Assembly: GCA_009694045.1 (NCBI GenBank)
Contig: SHVY01000007.1
Coordinates: 1,786-65,785 of the forward strand
Origin: Alphaproteobacteria bacterium
GTDB lineage: Bacteria; Pseudomonadota; Alphaproteobacteria; SP197
DNA: 64,000 nucleotides
Reading direction: 5' to 3'
Part shown: piece after piece, positions 50,722 through 60,825 of the stretch
How the letters are laid out: the number at the start of each line of letters is the position of its first letter
Numbering within the stretch: the first letter of the stretch is position 1
Program-made: the position numbers and the translations under genes
Notes under the pieces: generated by a model
Database searches by the model: none
Seen by the model: only the letters and a program-made list of their open reading frames with translations
Told to the model about the DNA's origin: nothing

Positions 50722-52122
50722 CTAGCCCTTCCAGATCTTCTCCCGCACCAGGTCGTTCTGGGTGGCCTTGATCGCCTCGCGCAGCGTCGCCACGAAGAAA
50801 TCGATCTGGTCCTTATTGAGGATCAGGGTGGGCGACAAGATGTTCAAATGGCCGAGCGGGCGCACCAGCAACCCCCGCTCTTGGCAGTGCCGGGCGATGC
50901 GTCCACCCACGTCGGATTCCGCCGGCAGCAGCTCCTTGGTCTCCTTGTTCGCCACGTTCTCGACGCACATCATGAAGCACTTGCCGCGCACGTCGCCGAC
51001 CAACGGCAGGTCGCGCAGGGTGTTGAGCTGCTCTTCGAAGTACGGCCCCATCTTGCGCACGTGGCCGGGCAGATCCTCGCGCTCCATGATCTCGATGTTC
51101 TTGTTCGCCGCCGCGCACACCACCGGGTGGCCCGAATAGGTGTAGCCGATGGTGAACAGCGCGCCCTTGGCCTGGGGCTTCTTGATCACGTCATAGATCG
51201 CGTCGGAGATCAGGGTAGCGCCGAGCGGCAGGTAGCCCGACGAGATGCCCTTGGCGCTGGTGATGATGTCCGGGCTCAGGTCGAACACCGGCTCCGAGGC
51301 GAAGAAATGCCCCAGCCGGCAGAAACCGGTGACCACTTCGTCCGAGATGTAGAGGACGCCGTACTTCTTGCACACCGCAAGGGTGCGCTTGTGGTAGCCC
51401 GGCGGCGGGACGATCACGCCGCCCGCGCCCATGATCGGTTCGGCGATGAAGCACGCCACGTTGTCCGGTCCGAGCTCGAGGATCTTGTCCTCCAGCTCCT
51501 TGACCAGGTGGTCGCAGTAGCCCTCGACGCTCATGCCGGCGGGCCGGCGATAGGGGTACGGACAGCTCACGTAGCGGACGATGTGATCGGCGGTGTCGAA
51601 CCCGATCCTGTCGAAGGCGATGCCGGTCAGCGCGGCCGACAGATAGGTCATGCCGTGGTAGGCATCGACCCGGCTGATGATCAGCTTCTTATTCGGTTGG
51701 CCGAGCTGGTTGAAGTAGTACTGGACGATGCGGACCGCGGTGTCGTTGGCGACCGAGCCGCTGTTGCTGAAGAAGACGTGGTTGATGTGCTTCGGCGCCA
51801 GATCGGCCAGCTTGTCGGCGAGTTGCGCTGCCGGCGGGTTGGTCAGGTGCCCGAACGGCGAATAGAACGGCAGGCGCCGCACCTGTTCGACGATCGCCTC
51901 CGCCATCTCCTCGCGGCCGTAGCCGATGTTGACGCACCATAGGCCGCCGATGCCGTCGAGGTACTTGCTGCCCTCGGAATCGAAGACGTAGGCCCCGTCG
52001 CCCGACACCATGATCTCGCTGCCGGTGTCGTTGAAGGTGGCGAAGTTGGTCCACGGATGGATGAAGTGGTCCTTGTCCTTCTGCCAGATGTCCTTGGTGT
52101 CGTAGGCGATGTTGGTGCGCAT
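50722..52122 (-). CDS. Class III aminotransferase (putrescine/omega-amine type)
   Basis: DGIGGLWCVNIGYG, FIAEPIMGAGGV, DEVVTGF.R.G, AKGISSGY.P. Confidence 0.95.
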   Translation of the reverse strand: MRTNIAYDTKDIWQKDKDHFIHPWTNFATFNDTGSEIMVSGDGAYVFDSEGSKYLDGIGGLWCVNIGYGREEMAEAIVEQVRRLPFYSPFGHLTNPPAAQLADKLADLAPKHINHVFFSNSGSVANDTAVRIVQYYFNQLGQPNKKLIISRVDAYHGMTYLSAALTGIAFDRIGFDTADHIVRYVSCPYPYRRPAGMSVEGYCDHLVKELEDKILELGPDNVACFIAEPIMGAGGVIVPPPGYHKRTLAVCKKYGVLYISDEVVTGFCRLGHFFASEPVFDLSPDIITSAKGISSGYLPLGATLISDAIYDVIKKPQAKGALFTIGYTYSGHPVVCAAANKNIEIMEREDLPGHVRKMGPYFEEQLNTLRDLPLVGDVRGKCFMMCVENVANKETKELLPAESDVGGRIARHCQERGLLVRPLGHLNILSPTLILNKDQIDFFVATLREAIKATQNDLVREKIWKG

Positions 52123-52198
52123 CGTGCCCTCCCCGGAGTTTCGCGCTGGAAGTGCCCGAGTGTGGCCCAGCCGGGGTGGTCAGGGCAAGGGGTCGGAC

Positions 52199-52735
52199 CT
52201 ATCCGAGCAACCCCCGGTACCAGGCGATATCGGTCGCGAGCAGGCCGATGTCGTGATCGAGCCAGGCGAGGAAGGTGCCGCCGCGGGCCGCCTCGCGGGA
52301 GCGCAGGTCCAGGAGCCGGGCGCGCTCGCCCTCGCGGGCCTCGATCAGGGTCTCGAGCTGCTCGCGGCGGTCTGCCTCGGACAGCAGGTCGAGGAAGCGC
52401 AGCTTGAGCGCGACGATCAGCTTGTTGAATTCGGTGGCCCCGGGGCGGAGGTTCGCGCGCAGCAGCGCGATCAGGCGTTCGCGGCCGGCCGGCGTGATCG
52501 TGACGGGGGCGTCATCGCCCTCCGCCACCGCGAGCAGACCCTCGATTCGCATTAGCTCGATCGAGGTCGACATCACATCGAGCGTCGGACCGAGGAAGTG
52601 GCCGGTGAAGGCGCGCACCGCGTTGGCCAGCCGCACGTAGAACATGGGCCCGCCTTGCGCCAGCAGACCCAGCGCCGCGAGGCGAAAGCCCTCCTTGGGC
52701 AGAAGCGTGTTGTCGCGATACATCGGCACGGCCAT
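52199..52735 (-). CDS. Winged-helix (PadR-like) hypothetical protein
   Basis: LAALGLL..GP..Y..L, ITPAGR..L..LL, C-terminal helical hairpin ending in W. Confidence 0.65.
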   Translation of the reverse strand: MAVPMYRDNTLLPKEGFRLAALGLLAQGGPMFYVRLANAVRAFTGHFLGPTLDVMSTSIELMRIEGLLAVAEGDDAPVTITPAGRERLIALLRANLRPGATEFNKLIVALKLRFLDLLSEADRREQLETLIEAREGERARLLDLRSREAARGGTFLAWLDHDIGLLATDIAWYRGLLG

Positions 52736-52788
52736 CAGCGTCGGGGACGATACTCAACACCATTACTCTACACCATTACCCGATCAGG

Positions 52789-53619
52789 TCAGGTCGCCCG
52801 GATGCCCCGAAGCCGCTCCGACCGGCGGCGCAGGAGCTCGATCGTCGTCAGCATGACGCCGGAGAAGATGATGAGCAGGGTCGCCGCCGCCGTGATCGTC
52901 GGGCTGATCTGGTCGCGGATGCCGCTGTACATCTGCTTGGGCAGGGTCCGCTGCTCGGGGCTGGCGATGAACTGCACGACCACCACCTCGTCCCACGAGG
53001 TGACGAAGGCGAAGAGCGCCCCGGACAGCACGCCCGGCAGAATCAACGGCAGCATGACGCGGCGGAAGACGGTGATCGGCGGCGCGCCCAGGCCGGCGCC
53101 GGCCCGGGACAGGGACTGGTCAAACCCCATCAGGGTGGCGGTCACGGTGATCACGACGAACGGGGTGGCCAAGGCGGTGTGCGCCAGGATGATGCCGGGG
53201 TACGAATTGATCAGGCCAATTTTGTCGTAGAAAAAGAACATGCCAACGGCGGTGATCACCACCGGCACGATCAGCGGCGAGATCAACAGGCTCATCACCA
53301 TGCCGCGCGCCGGGAAGTTGGCGCGGCTCAGGCCCAGCGCCGCCAGGGTGCCCAGGGTGGTGGCCAGCAGGGTGACGGCGATGGCCACCATGGCGCTGCT
53401 TTGCAGCGCGCTCAGCCAGCGATCGGAGCCGAAGAAGTCCTGGTACCAGCGCAAGGAGACGCCCGGCATGGGGAACGTGAAGAACCCCTCGGAATTGAAC
53501 GACAACGGAATGATGATCAGGATCGGCAGCAACAGATACAGGAACAGGCAGCCGCAGAACACCCGGTGCAGCACGTACCAGCCGCGTTCTATGGGGGAGG
53601 CGTAGACGGGAAGGGTCAT
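52789..53619 (-). CDS. Polyamine/opine-type ABC permease (PotC-like)
   Basis: LSFN, SLRWY, EAA-like SRAGAGLGA, SWDEVVV. Confidence 0.93.
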   Translation of the reverse strand: MTLPVYASPIERGWYVLHRVFCGCLFLYLLLPILIIIPLSFNSEGFFTFPMPGVSLRWYQDFFGSDRWLSALQSSAMVAIAVTLLATTLGTLAALGLSRANFPARGMVMSLLISPLIVPVVITAVGMFFFYDKIGLINSYPGIILAHTALATPFVVITVTATLMGFDQSLSRAGAGLGAPPITVFRRVMLPLILPGVLSGALFAFVTSWDEVVVVQFIASPEQRTLPKQMYSGIRDQISPTITAAATLLIIFSGVMLTTIELLRRRSERLRGIRAT

Positions 53620-53623
53620 GGCG

Positions 53624-54877
53624 CTAGTTGAGCCTCATGCGCTCGATGCCGACCAGGCGGTTGTAGATGAAGAACAGGATGAGCGTGGCGACCAGCAGGA
53701 TGGTCCCCAGTGCCGACCCCATACCCCAGTTCCCCGCCGAACTGACGAACAGAGCGACGTAAGTGCTGATAAGCTGATCAGTGGGGCCGCCCACCAACGA
53801 TGGCGTGATGTAGTAACCGAGACAGAGGATGAACGTGAGCAGACAGCCGGCCGCGATCCCCGGCATGGTCTGCGGGAAGTAGACCCGCCAGAAGGCGTAG
53901 AATGGCCCGGCGCCGAGGCTGCGCGCCGCCCGCACGTGGCTGGGGCTGATCCCCTTCATGACGCTGTAGATCGGCAACAGCGTGAAGGGGAGCTGTATGT
54001 GGGTCATCGCCGTGATCGTGCCGAAGCGGGTGTAGATGAGCTGGATGCGCTCGCCGACGATGCCCGTGTAGAAGAGGAAATCGTTGATCGGCCCCTGGGT
54101 CTGCAGCAACACGAACCACGCGGTCGTGCGTACCAGGAGCGAGGTCCAAAACGACATCAGCACGAAGATCAGCAGGATATTGGCGGTCCGCGCCGGCAAC
54201 GTCGCCAGCAGGTAGGCCAGGGGAAAGCCGAGCACGAGAGTGAGCGCGGTGACGGTGGCGCTGATCAACAGGGTGCGCACGAACACCGCCTGATAAACGG
54301 CCTCGCCTTCGGGAACCGGTTCGATTTCGCCGTTGGCGTCGTAGCGGAGGTCTATCGAGCTCAGGAAGAAATACGGCGTGTACGCCCTGGTGGTGCGCTT
54401 CAGGAGCGTCCAGGTACCGTGTTCGCCCCACATCGGATCAGCGGCGATCAGCGCCTCCTTGTAGGGTCCCGTCTCCAGCTTCGCCGCCGCTTTCGCGGAG
54501 ACGATCAGCTTGCTGCGCGCGCCGGACAGCTCGTAGTTGAGCCGGCGGCCGATGAGCGCCGCCTGCTTCGCCTTCTGCGCATCCTTGAGGTCGAGCGCCA
54601 GCGCCTCGAAGACTGGCTCGGCGGGCAGATCGTTCCCGTCCCATGCGGCAAGCGCCACCGCTGTGCGGGGCGTCAACTTGGCAACGTACGGATCGTAGAT
54701 CGAATTGAACAGCATCACCACGATGGGAATGCCGAAAGAAACGACGATGAAGAGGAAGAGGGGTGCCACGAGCCCGACGGCCTTGAGCTTGCGCATCCGC
54801 TCCGCCCGCCGGAGCTTGAGCTTCAGGGGCACGCCATCGACCATGATGCCGGTCGTCGCCACCGCTGCGCTGACCAT
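53624..54877 (-). CDS. Polyamine-type ABC permease (PotB-like, with extra periplasmic domain)
   Basis: FWTSLLVRT.AW, LPFT.LPIY, RAARSLGA, GYYITP.L.GG. Confidence 0.92.
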   Translation of the reverse strand: MVSAAVATTGIMVDGVPLKLKLRRAERMRKLKAVGLVAPLFLFIVVSFGIPIVVMLFNSIYDPYVAKLTPRTAVALAAWDGNDLPAEPVFEALALDLKDAQKAKQAALIGRRLNYELSGARSKLIVSAKAAAKLETGPYKEALIAADPMWGEHGTWTLLKRTTRAYTPYFFLSSIDLRYDANGEIEPVPEGEAVYQAVFVRTLLISATVTALTLVLGFPLAYLLATLPARTANILLIFVLMSFWTSLLVRTTAWFVLLQTQGPINDFLFYTGIVGERIQLIYTRFGTITAMTHIQLPFTLLPIYSVMKGISPSHVRAARSLGAGPFYAFWRVYFPQTMPGIAAGCLLTFILCLGYYITPSLVGGPTDQLISTYVALFVSSAGNWGMGSALGTILLVATLILFFIYNRLVGIERMRLN

Positions 54878-54916
54878 CAGTCGCGTACCATATTCATGGG
54901 CATACGGCATCGGCCC

Positions 54917-54947
54917 CGGGTCGGGGGCCTGCATGGCCCCCGACCCG
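54917..54947. other. 13-bp GC hairpin between the SBP and permease genes (mRNA-stabilising/attenuating stem)
   Basis: CGGGTCGGGGGCC-TGCAT-GGCCCCCGACCCG. Confidence 0.65.
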
Positions 54948-54961
54948 AGTCCGAGGTTACG

Positions 54962-56038
54962 CTACTGCGCCAACCAGGCGTTGAACCGTTCCTGCAACCC
55001 CTCGCTGTTGTCGCCCCAGAACGTGGCGTCGACCGTGAACGCCGTCGGCATGTGGTCGGGCGCCGTCGGCAAATCCTTGAGCACGTCCGCCGGGACAAAC
55101 GGGATCGCGTCGGCATGGCTCGGGCCATAGGCGATGAACTGCGACTGCCGCGCCATGTTGACCGGATCGCTGGCGTAGGCGATGAACGCATAGGCCGCGT
55201 CCAGCTTCGGCGTGCCCTTCATGATCGCCCAGAAGTCGAAGTCCAAAGCCTGGTGGTCCCAGACGATGACGAACTTCCGGCCCTCGTTCTTGACCGCGTT
55301 GTACAGGCGCCCGTTCCAGGCTTGGGACATGACGACCTCGCCGTTGCCGAGGATTTCCGCAGCCTGGGCCCCGGCCTCCCACCACACGGCCACGTCCTTG
55401 ATGGTGTCGAGCTTGGCAAACGCGCGGTCGAGGCCCTCGGGCGTGCGCAGCATGTCGTAGACATCGGCCTGGGCGACGCCGTCGGCGACGAGCGCCCATT
55501 CCAGGTTCACGAACGGCTTCTTGTAGATGCCGCGCTTGCCGGGGAACTTCTGCAGGTCGAAGAAGTCGGCGACCGTCGTCGGCACCTGGCCGTTCCACTC
55601 GGCCGGCAGGTTGCCCGCATCGTAACCGTAGACCGTGGCGTAGACGATCGTCGCCACGGCGCAGTCGTTGGCCCCGCCGACGACGAACTTTTCGCGCGGC
55701 TGGCCGATCTTGTCGTAGTCGAGCTCCTCGAGGAAGCCCTGGTCGCAACCGGCGAGGGCGGTCGCGGCGTCGACGTCGATCACGTCCCAGGTCACGTTGC
55801 CGGATTCGACCATCGCCCGCATCTTGGCGATGTCGCCGGTATACTCCTCCTCGATGACCTTCACGCCCTTATCGGCCAAGTACGGATCGTAGTACGCGCC
55901 TTTCTGGCTCGCCTGATAGGCGCCGCCCCAGGAGACGACCGTGATCGAATCCTCGGCCGAGGCCTGGCCCGTCATCGCCAAGCCCAGGGCGGCAACGCCG
56001 GCCAGGACCAGGCTGAACCTTCTATCGTGCTTGCTCAT
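54962..56038 (-). CDS. Polyamine-type ABC substrate-binding protein (PotD-like)
   Basis: Signal peptide, VVSWGGAY, FFDL.KFPGKR, AWNGR, RFNAWLA. Confidence 0.93.
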   Translation of the reverse strand: MSKHDRRFSLVLAGVAALGLAMTGQASAEDSITVVSWGGAYQASQKGAYYDPYLADKGVKVIEEEYTGDIAKMRAMVESGNVTWDVIDVDAATALAGCDQGFLEELDYDKIGQPREKFVVGGANDCAVATIVYATVYGYDAGNLPAEWNGQVPTTVADFFDLQKFPGKRGIYKKPFVNLEWALVADGVAQADVYDMLRTPEGLDRAFAKLDTIKDVAVWWEAGAQAAEILGNGEVVMSQAWNGRLYNAVKNEGRKFVIVWDHQALDFDFWAIMKGTPKLDAAYAFIAYASDPVNMARQSQFIAYGPSHADAIPFVPADVLKDLPTAPDHMPTAFTVDATFWGDNSEGLQERFNAWLAQ

Positions 56039-56114
56039 GTCTTGCTTTTCTCCCTGATAGGCCGGCCCCAACTCGGCCGGCGGTTGCTTCGACCCCCAAC
56101 AATCGGGTCCATTC

Positions 56115-57206
56115 TCAGGACGCGTCGAGCGCCCTGCAATCTTCCATCTTCCACCCGACCGTAACCGATGCACCGGGCTGGAACGCCACAGAACCTTCGG
56201 AATTGGGCAATTTGACGACAAAATCGTTGTGTCCGCAAACGGAAACCCGGGTGCGGATGTGGTCGCCAAGGTAGATCAATTCCTCGACCTTGGCCGGGAA
56301 CAGGTTCGGGACCGAACCCGCCGCCGGGTTGATCCGTACCCGCTCGGGGCGGAGCGAAAGGGTCGTCGGGCTGCCGACGCCCGCGACCTTGACCGCCAGG
56401 GCGCGGACCATCCCGCCGCCTTCGACGTCAACCTCGCAGGATGTGCCGTTCATAGCGACGACCCGGCCCCGCAGCCGGTTGTTCTCGCCGATGAACTGGG
56501 CGACGAAGGCGCTTACGGGGCGCTCGTACAGCTCGTCCGGGGTCGAAAGCTGCTGGATCTCGCCGTTGTTGAACACCGCGATCCGGTTCGACATGGTCAG
56601 CGCCTCGGCCTGGTCGTGGGTGACGTAGACCACGGTGATGTCGAGCCTCTGGTGCAGGTGCCGGATTTCGAGCTGCATCTGCTCGCGGAGCTGCTTGTCC
56701 AGCGCCCCCAGCGGTTCGTCCATCAGCACCAGCTTGGGATCGAAGACCAGGGCACGGGCGACCGCGACCCGCTGCTGCTGACCGCCGGAAAGCTGCGCCG
56801 GCCGGCGCTTGGCGTAGACGCCGAGCTGGACCATGTCGAGCGCCCGCTTGACGCGCGTCGCGATGTCGGCCTTGGACACCCGCCGCACCTCGAGCGGGAA
56901 TGCCAGGTTCTCCTCGACCGTCATGTGGGGAAACAGGGCGTAGTTCTGGAACACCATGCCGATGTCGCGCTTGTGCGGCGGTAGATGCTTAAGCGATTCA
57001 CCGGCCAGCACGATGTCGCCGTGGGTCGGCACCTCGAAGCCCGCCAGCATCAGGAGGGTGGTGGTCTTGCCCGAGCCCGAGGGACCCAGCAGGGTGATGA
57101 ACTCGCCCTTGCTGATGTCCAGGTTCAGGTTTTTTACGACCAGGACTTCGCCATCGTAGGTCTTCTGGACGTCGACGAAACGAACAAACGCGCCGCCCGC
57201 CGTCAC
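56115..57206 (-). CDS. Polyamine-type ABC ATPase (PotA-like); start uncertain
   Basis: GPSGSGKTT, FQNYALFPH, LSGGQQQR, LMDEPLGALD, TOBE tail. Confidence 0.95.
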   Translation of the reverse strand: MTAGGAFVRFVDVQKTYDGEVLVVKNLNLDISKGEFITLLGPSGSGKTTTLLMLAGFEVPTHGDIVLAGESLKHLPPHKRDIGMVFQNYALFPHMTVEENLAFPLEVRRVSKADIATRVKRALDMVQLGVYAKRRPAQLSGGQQQRVAVARALVFDPKLVLMDEPLGALDKQLREQMQLEIRHLHQRLDITVVYVTHDQAEALTMSNRIAVFNNGEIQQLSTPDELYERPVSAFVAQFIGENNRLRGRVVAMNGTSCEVDVEGGGMVRALAVKVAGVGSPTTLSLRPERVRINPAAGSVPNLFPAKVEELIYLGDHIRTRVSVCGHNDFVVKLPNSEGSVAFQPGASVTVGWKMEDCRALDAS

Positions 57207-57417
57207 GCGCGGGGCCCCCAGACATGGCACGAGGGAACGGTGCTGCAAACGTCCGTCAACTCACATCCTCCCCTGCGGTTCATGACCCTGACCGCGATTG
57301 CCGCGTGCCCGCCTTGTCCGGCTTGGTTGCGCGCGGGAAACCACCCTGTATTCGCGAGGGGGAATAAGAGACTGTCCCGCGACCCGGAGTCAATGGGCTC
57401 CGTGGACTAACGCACGC

Positions 57418-58410
57418 TCAACGGCTGACGTCGACCACCACCCGGCCGCGCACGGCGCCATTGATGATCCGGGGCGCCAGACCCGGCAGATCGCCGAGGC
57501 CGACGACCTCGATGGTCGCGTCCAGCTTGTCGCGCGGTAGGTCGGCGACCAGGCGGTCCCAAATGCGCCGGCGGCGGGCCGTGGGACACTGCACGGATTC
57601 GATGCCGAGAAGGTTTACGCCGCGCAGAATGAAGGGCAGCACCGTGGCCGGAAGCCCGGCGCCGCCGGCGAGCCCGCAGGCCGCAACGGCGCAGCCGTAC
57701 ATCGTCTGGCGGAGCGCCGTGGCCAGGGTCTCGCCGCCGACGCAATCGACCACCCCGGCCCAGACTTCCTTGTCCAGGGGCCGGCCCGAGGGCGTCGCCA
57801 GATCTTTCCGCTCGACAATCCGGGCGGCGCCGAGGCCCTTGAGATAATCGTGCATCTCGGCCCGCCCGGTGGCGGCGGCGACCCGGTAGCCGAGCTTGGC
57901 GAGGATGGCGACGGCGACGCTGCCTACCCCGCCGGCCGCGCCGGTCACCAGCACCTCGCCCTTGGCCGGGTTCAGCCCGTGGTCCTCGAGCGCCAGCACC
58001 GACTGCATGGCGGTGAAGCCCGCGGTGCCGATGGCCATGGCGTGTCGGGCATCGAGCCCCGGCGGCAGCGGCACGAGCTGGTCGGCCCTGAGCCGCGCCT
58101 TGGCGCCATACCCGCCCCATTGCCGCTCGCCGATGAACCAGCCGGTCGCCAGCACCGCGTCGCCGGCCCGGTACCCCGGAACGTTCGAGCTTTCCACCGT
58201 ACCCGCCAGATCGATCCCCGGAACGTGCGGATAGGTCTTCACCAGCCCACCCTGGCCCTGGAGCACCAGCCCGTCCTTGTAATTGAGGCTGGAATACGCG
58301 ACCCGGACCGTGACCTCGCCCGCCGGCAGGCCGCCTTCGTCCACGTCCTCCACGCCTGCCGTCACCTTGCCGTCGGTCTGCCGCAACAGCAGCGCCCGGA
58401 ACGTCGCCAT
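57418..58410 (-). CDS. acuI: Acrylyl-CoA reductase AcuI/YhdH family MDR oxidoreductase
   Basis: YSSLNYKD, PGIDLAG, IGTAGFTA, TGAAGGVGS, PFILRGVNLLGI.S. Confidence 0.88.
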   Translation of the reverse strand: MATFRALLLRQTDGKVTAGVEDVDEGGLPAGEVTVRVAYSSLNYKDGLVLQGQGGLVKTYPHVPGIDLAGTVESSNVPGYRAGDAVLATGWFIGERQWGGYGAKARLRADQLVPLPPGLDARHAMAIGTAGFTAMQSVLALEDHGLNPAKGEVLVTGAAGGVGSVAVAILAKLGYRVAAATGRAEMHDYLKGLGAARIVERKDLATPSGRPLDKEVWAGVVDCVGGETLATALRQTMYGCAVAACGLAGGAGLPATVLPFILRGVNLLGIESVQCPTARRRRIWDRLVADLPRDKLDATIEVVGLGDLPGLAPRIINGAVRGRVVVDVSR

Positions 58411-58476
58411 GGTCACCTCCGCGTTTGGCCGTCTCTCTCGGCCACGGGCGGCAATGCTGTCAACCGCAAAGGCGTC

Positions 58477-59586
58477 TCACGACACCGCACGCAAGGGGAC
58501 GCGGGCCGTCTCGGGCGCGAGCGTCAGTTCCGTGAAGGGATGGACACAAGGGGTGCCGTCGGCGACCCACAGGGTCGCGTCGGCCGGCCGGGCGATCATC
58601 GCCGCGCGGGATTCGCAAGAGGACAGGCCCGGCGCCACGTGGGCGCAGATGCCCATGGGGTAGTCCGCGTGGTCCGCCAGGCAGCGTTGCAGGTACTCGG
58701 GCCCGCCGCCGGCCGCCAACAATTGCCGCATGCGGCCTTCGCGCACGATGGTGCTCTGGCCGTAGGTGCCGAGGCCGAGGTCCCGCAACGCCGGCGACCG
58801 GATGTGGTTGGCGCAGGCGAACACGTCGTCCTGAACGTAGGCGATGGCGTGGCGGGTCGCGCTCGATTCCAGGTCGATGATGCCGAAGGGCGACGCGATC
58901 ACGTAGTGGATGCCGACCGTGCGCCGCGCCTCGGTTACCGCCTCGGCCGCGTCGCCCAGGCGGCGCTTGCCCAGGATCATCCGGCCGATCACGGGCGCCG
59001 GCAGGCCGGGACGCTGGTCCGCGACCAGGATGGCGCTGCCGACAAAGGCGATGCCGGCCGCATTGATGCCGAATTCCGCCATGATACCAGCGTGGCCGAC
59101 CACGAGCTGGTCCGGCTCCCCGCCGCCGACCACGATGCGAAAGACGATCGGCGTCCACAGCGGCTCGATGTCGTAGGTCTGGCCGATGTAGACGCCGCGC
59201 GCGTCCAGCGGTCCCGACTGGACCCCGAACAACGTGCAGCCACGCGCTGCGTGCATCGCCGTTCGCACCGAAGGCACCCGCAGCCGGCGGATTTTCGCGA
59301 CGCAAGTGAGTGTCAGGATGGTGTCGTAGTCGACGCCGGCACCTTCGGCGATGCCTTCCATCTCCTGGTGCAGGCCGGGCGCACCTTGCCGGATGTGCGG
59401 ATCGTGTTCGCGGGCGTAGGCGCGCATCTCGGCGTCGGACACGGTCGGCGCATCGCCGTCCGGCGCCACCATCATGGCGCGGAAGGCTTCGTGCAGGTCG
59501 CGGATCTCGCGCTTCAGCGTCTCTCCGTGCTGCCGGCCCCGCTCGCGCGGCGCTCCCCGCAGTTCGACGACCCTGATCCCGCTCAT
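58477..59586 (-). CDS. C45 family Ntn-hydrolase/acyltransferase
   Basis: G.PRERG.QHG, EMEGIAEGAG, autoprocessing G-C-T, GQTYD, GINAAG, ANH, G.PC. Confidence 0.85.
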   Translation of the reverse strand: MSGIRVVELRGAPRERGRQHGETLKREIRDLHEAFRAMMVAPDGDAPTVSDAEMRAYAREHDPHIRQGAPGLHQEMEGIAEGAGVDYDTILTLTCVAKIRRLRVPSVRTAMHAARGCTLFGVQSGPLDARGVYIGQTYDIEPLWTPIVFRIVVGGGEPDQLVVGHAGIMAEFGINAAGIAFVGSAILVADQRPGLPAPVIGRMILGKRRLGDAAEAVTEARRTVGIHYVIASPFGIIDLESSATRHAIAYVQDDVFACANHIRSPALRDLGLGTYGQSTIVREGRMRQLLAAGGGPEYLQRCLADHADYPMGICAHVAPGLSSCESRAAMIARPADATLWVADGTPCVHPFTELTLAPETARVPLRAVS

Positions 59587-60473
59587 CGTGCCGCCTCGGC
59601 CCGGGCGAAGCTCGGGTTCAGCAGATAGTCCTGCTTGGCGTACAGGGTATCGGCCTCGACCGGTGACTCGGGCAGGGGCATGCGCACCGGCAGGGCGACC
59701 ATGCGCGGGGTCAGGCTGGGCTCGCCGACCACCATGTCGGCCTTGAGCCTGGCGTAATCCGCCGCACCCGGATAGGCGAGTGGCCAGGCGTCGCCCGCCG
59801 CCAGCTCGTGAAACAACACGCGCCGCGGCTTGTCCGACCGGTTCAGGTCGGAACCGTGCAGCATCCGCACGTGATGCACGGTCATCGCCCCGGCCGGCGC
59901 CGTCACGGCGACCGCCCGTGATACGTCCAGTCCCGTGGCAACCCGGTCGATGCCGCCGCAGAAGAAGCCGCCGCTGGTGTGATCGTAGATCGGCCCCTTG
60001 TGGCTGCCCGGCACCACAAGGAGCGGCGCGTTCTCCAGACCCATGTCGTCGAGCGGCAGGCCGATCGCCAGCAGATCGTCGTTGGTGTGGGGGTAGTACG
60101 CCCAGTCCTGGTGCCATTCCACCGGCGTGCCATGGCGCGGCGCCTTGATGTTGACCTTGCCCCCCAACAGCCGCACCGACGGCCCCAGCAGCGTGGTCAG
60201 CACATCGAGGATTCGGGGAAAGCTCAGAAGCCGGCGGTAATACGGGTGGGCGTAGGCCGCCGCCTTGACCCGCCGCACCCGGGGCGCCTCCGGCTTGTGC
60301 CCGGTGTCGAGTTCCAGCACGTCGTCGCTGGCCGTCATCCACCGCGCCCGCGCCAGCATCTCGTCGGTGACGGCGCGGAGTGTCTCCAACTCGGTCGCGC
60401 TCAATGCGTCCGGCACCACCAGGTACCCCCGGTCCCGGTAGAACGCTACGTCGGCAGCGGAGAGCACGGTCAT
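59583..60473 (-). CDS. Phytanoyl-CoA dioxygenase (PhyH) family Fe/2-OG oxygenase
   Basis: FY..RGYL, WHQD, VVPGSH, H...LHGS..N.S..PRR. Confidence 0.92.
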   Translation of the reverse strand: MTVLSAADVAFYRDRGYLVVPDALSATELETLRAVTDEMLARARWMTASDDVLELDTGHKPEAPRVRRVKAAAYAHPYYRRLLSFPRILDVLTTLLGPSVRLLGGKVNIKAPRHGTPVEWHQDWAYYPHTNDDLLAIGLPLDDMGLENAPLLVVPGSHKGPIYDHTSGGFFCGGIDRVATGLDVSRAVAVTAPAGAMTVHHVRMLHGSDLNRSDKPRRVLFHELAAGDAWPLAYPGAADYARLKADMVVGEPSLTPRMVALPVRMPLPESPVEADTLYAKQDYLLNPSFARAEAAR

Positions 60474-60784
60474 CCCGGCGAATATAGCACCGATTCCGAG
60501 AGGAGCGCCTCCGCGATCGCCGCCCATTCCTCGGGCAGCGGGACCGTGGCCGGAGATTTCCTCGCCAGCCGGTACCAATGGCCCGCGTTCTTCGGATCGC
60601 CCTCCTTGCGGTGCAGATAGGCGTGCACCCAGGCGCCGATCGCGTCGTCCTGGGCCTGCGCGCATTCATGGGCTTTCGCCCAATCCCCCTTGGCCTCCCA
60701 CCACAGCGCCTGGAGCGCCGACGACAAGCCTTCCGGTGGCGCGGGCGCCGCGAGCGATGTTTGGAAGGTTGCGAGGGTTGTCAT
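60470..60784 (-). CDS. Conserved hypothetical protein (104 aa)
   Basis: LQALWW..KGDW..AH...Q....AWVHAYLHRKEGD..NA..WY..A is a recognisable conserved pattern. Confidence 0.8.
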   Translation of the reverse strand: MTTLATFQTSLAAPAPPEGLSSALQALWWEAKGDWAKAHECAQAQDDAIGAWVHAYLHRKEGDPKNAGHWYRLARKSPATVPLPEEWAAIAEALLSESVLYSPG

Positions 60785-60825
60785 GGCCTCAGCCTAGCGC
60801 ACTTCCACGAGTCCAACTCCATAAC

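Noticed and set aside
12444..56164. Very long antisense or alternate-frame ORFs (e.g. 12444-14900, 22308-24866, 30103-32547, 36145-38106, 53618-56164)
   Set aside because: Shadow ORFs expected from high-GC codon bias opposite well-supported genes; no recognisable motifs.
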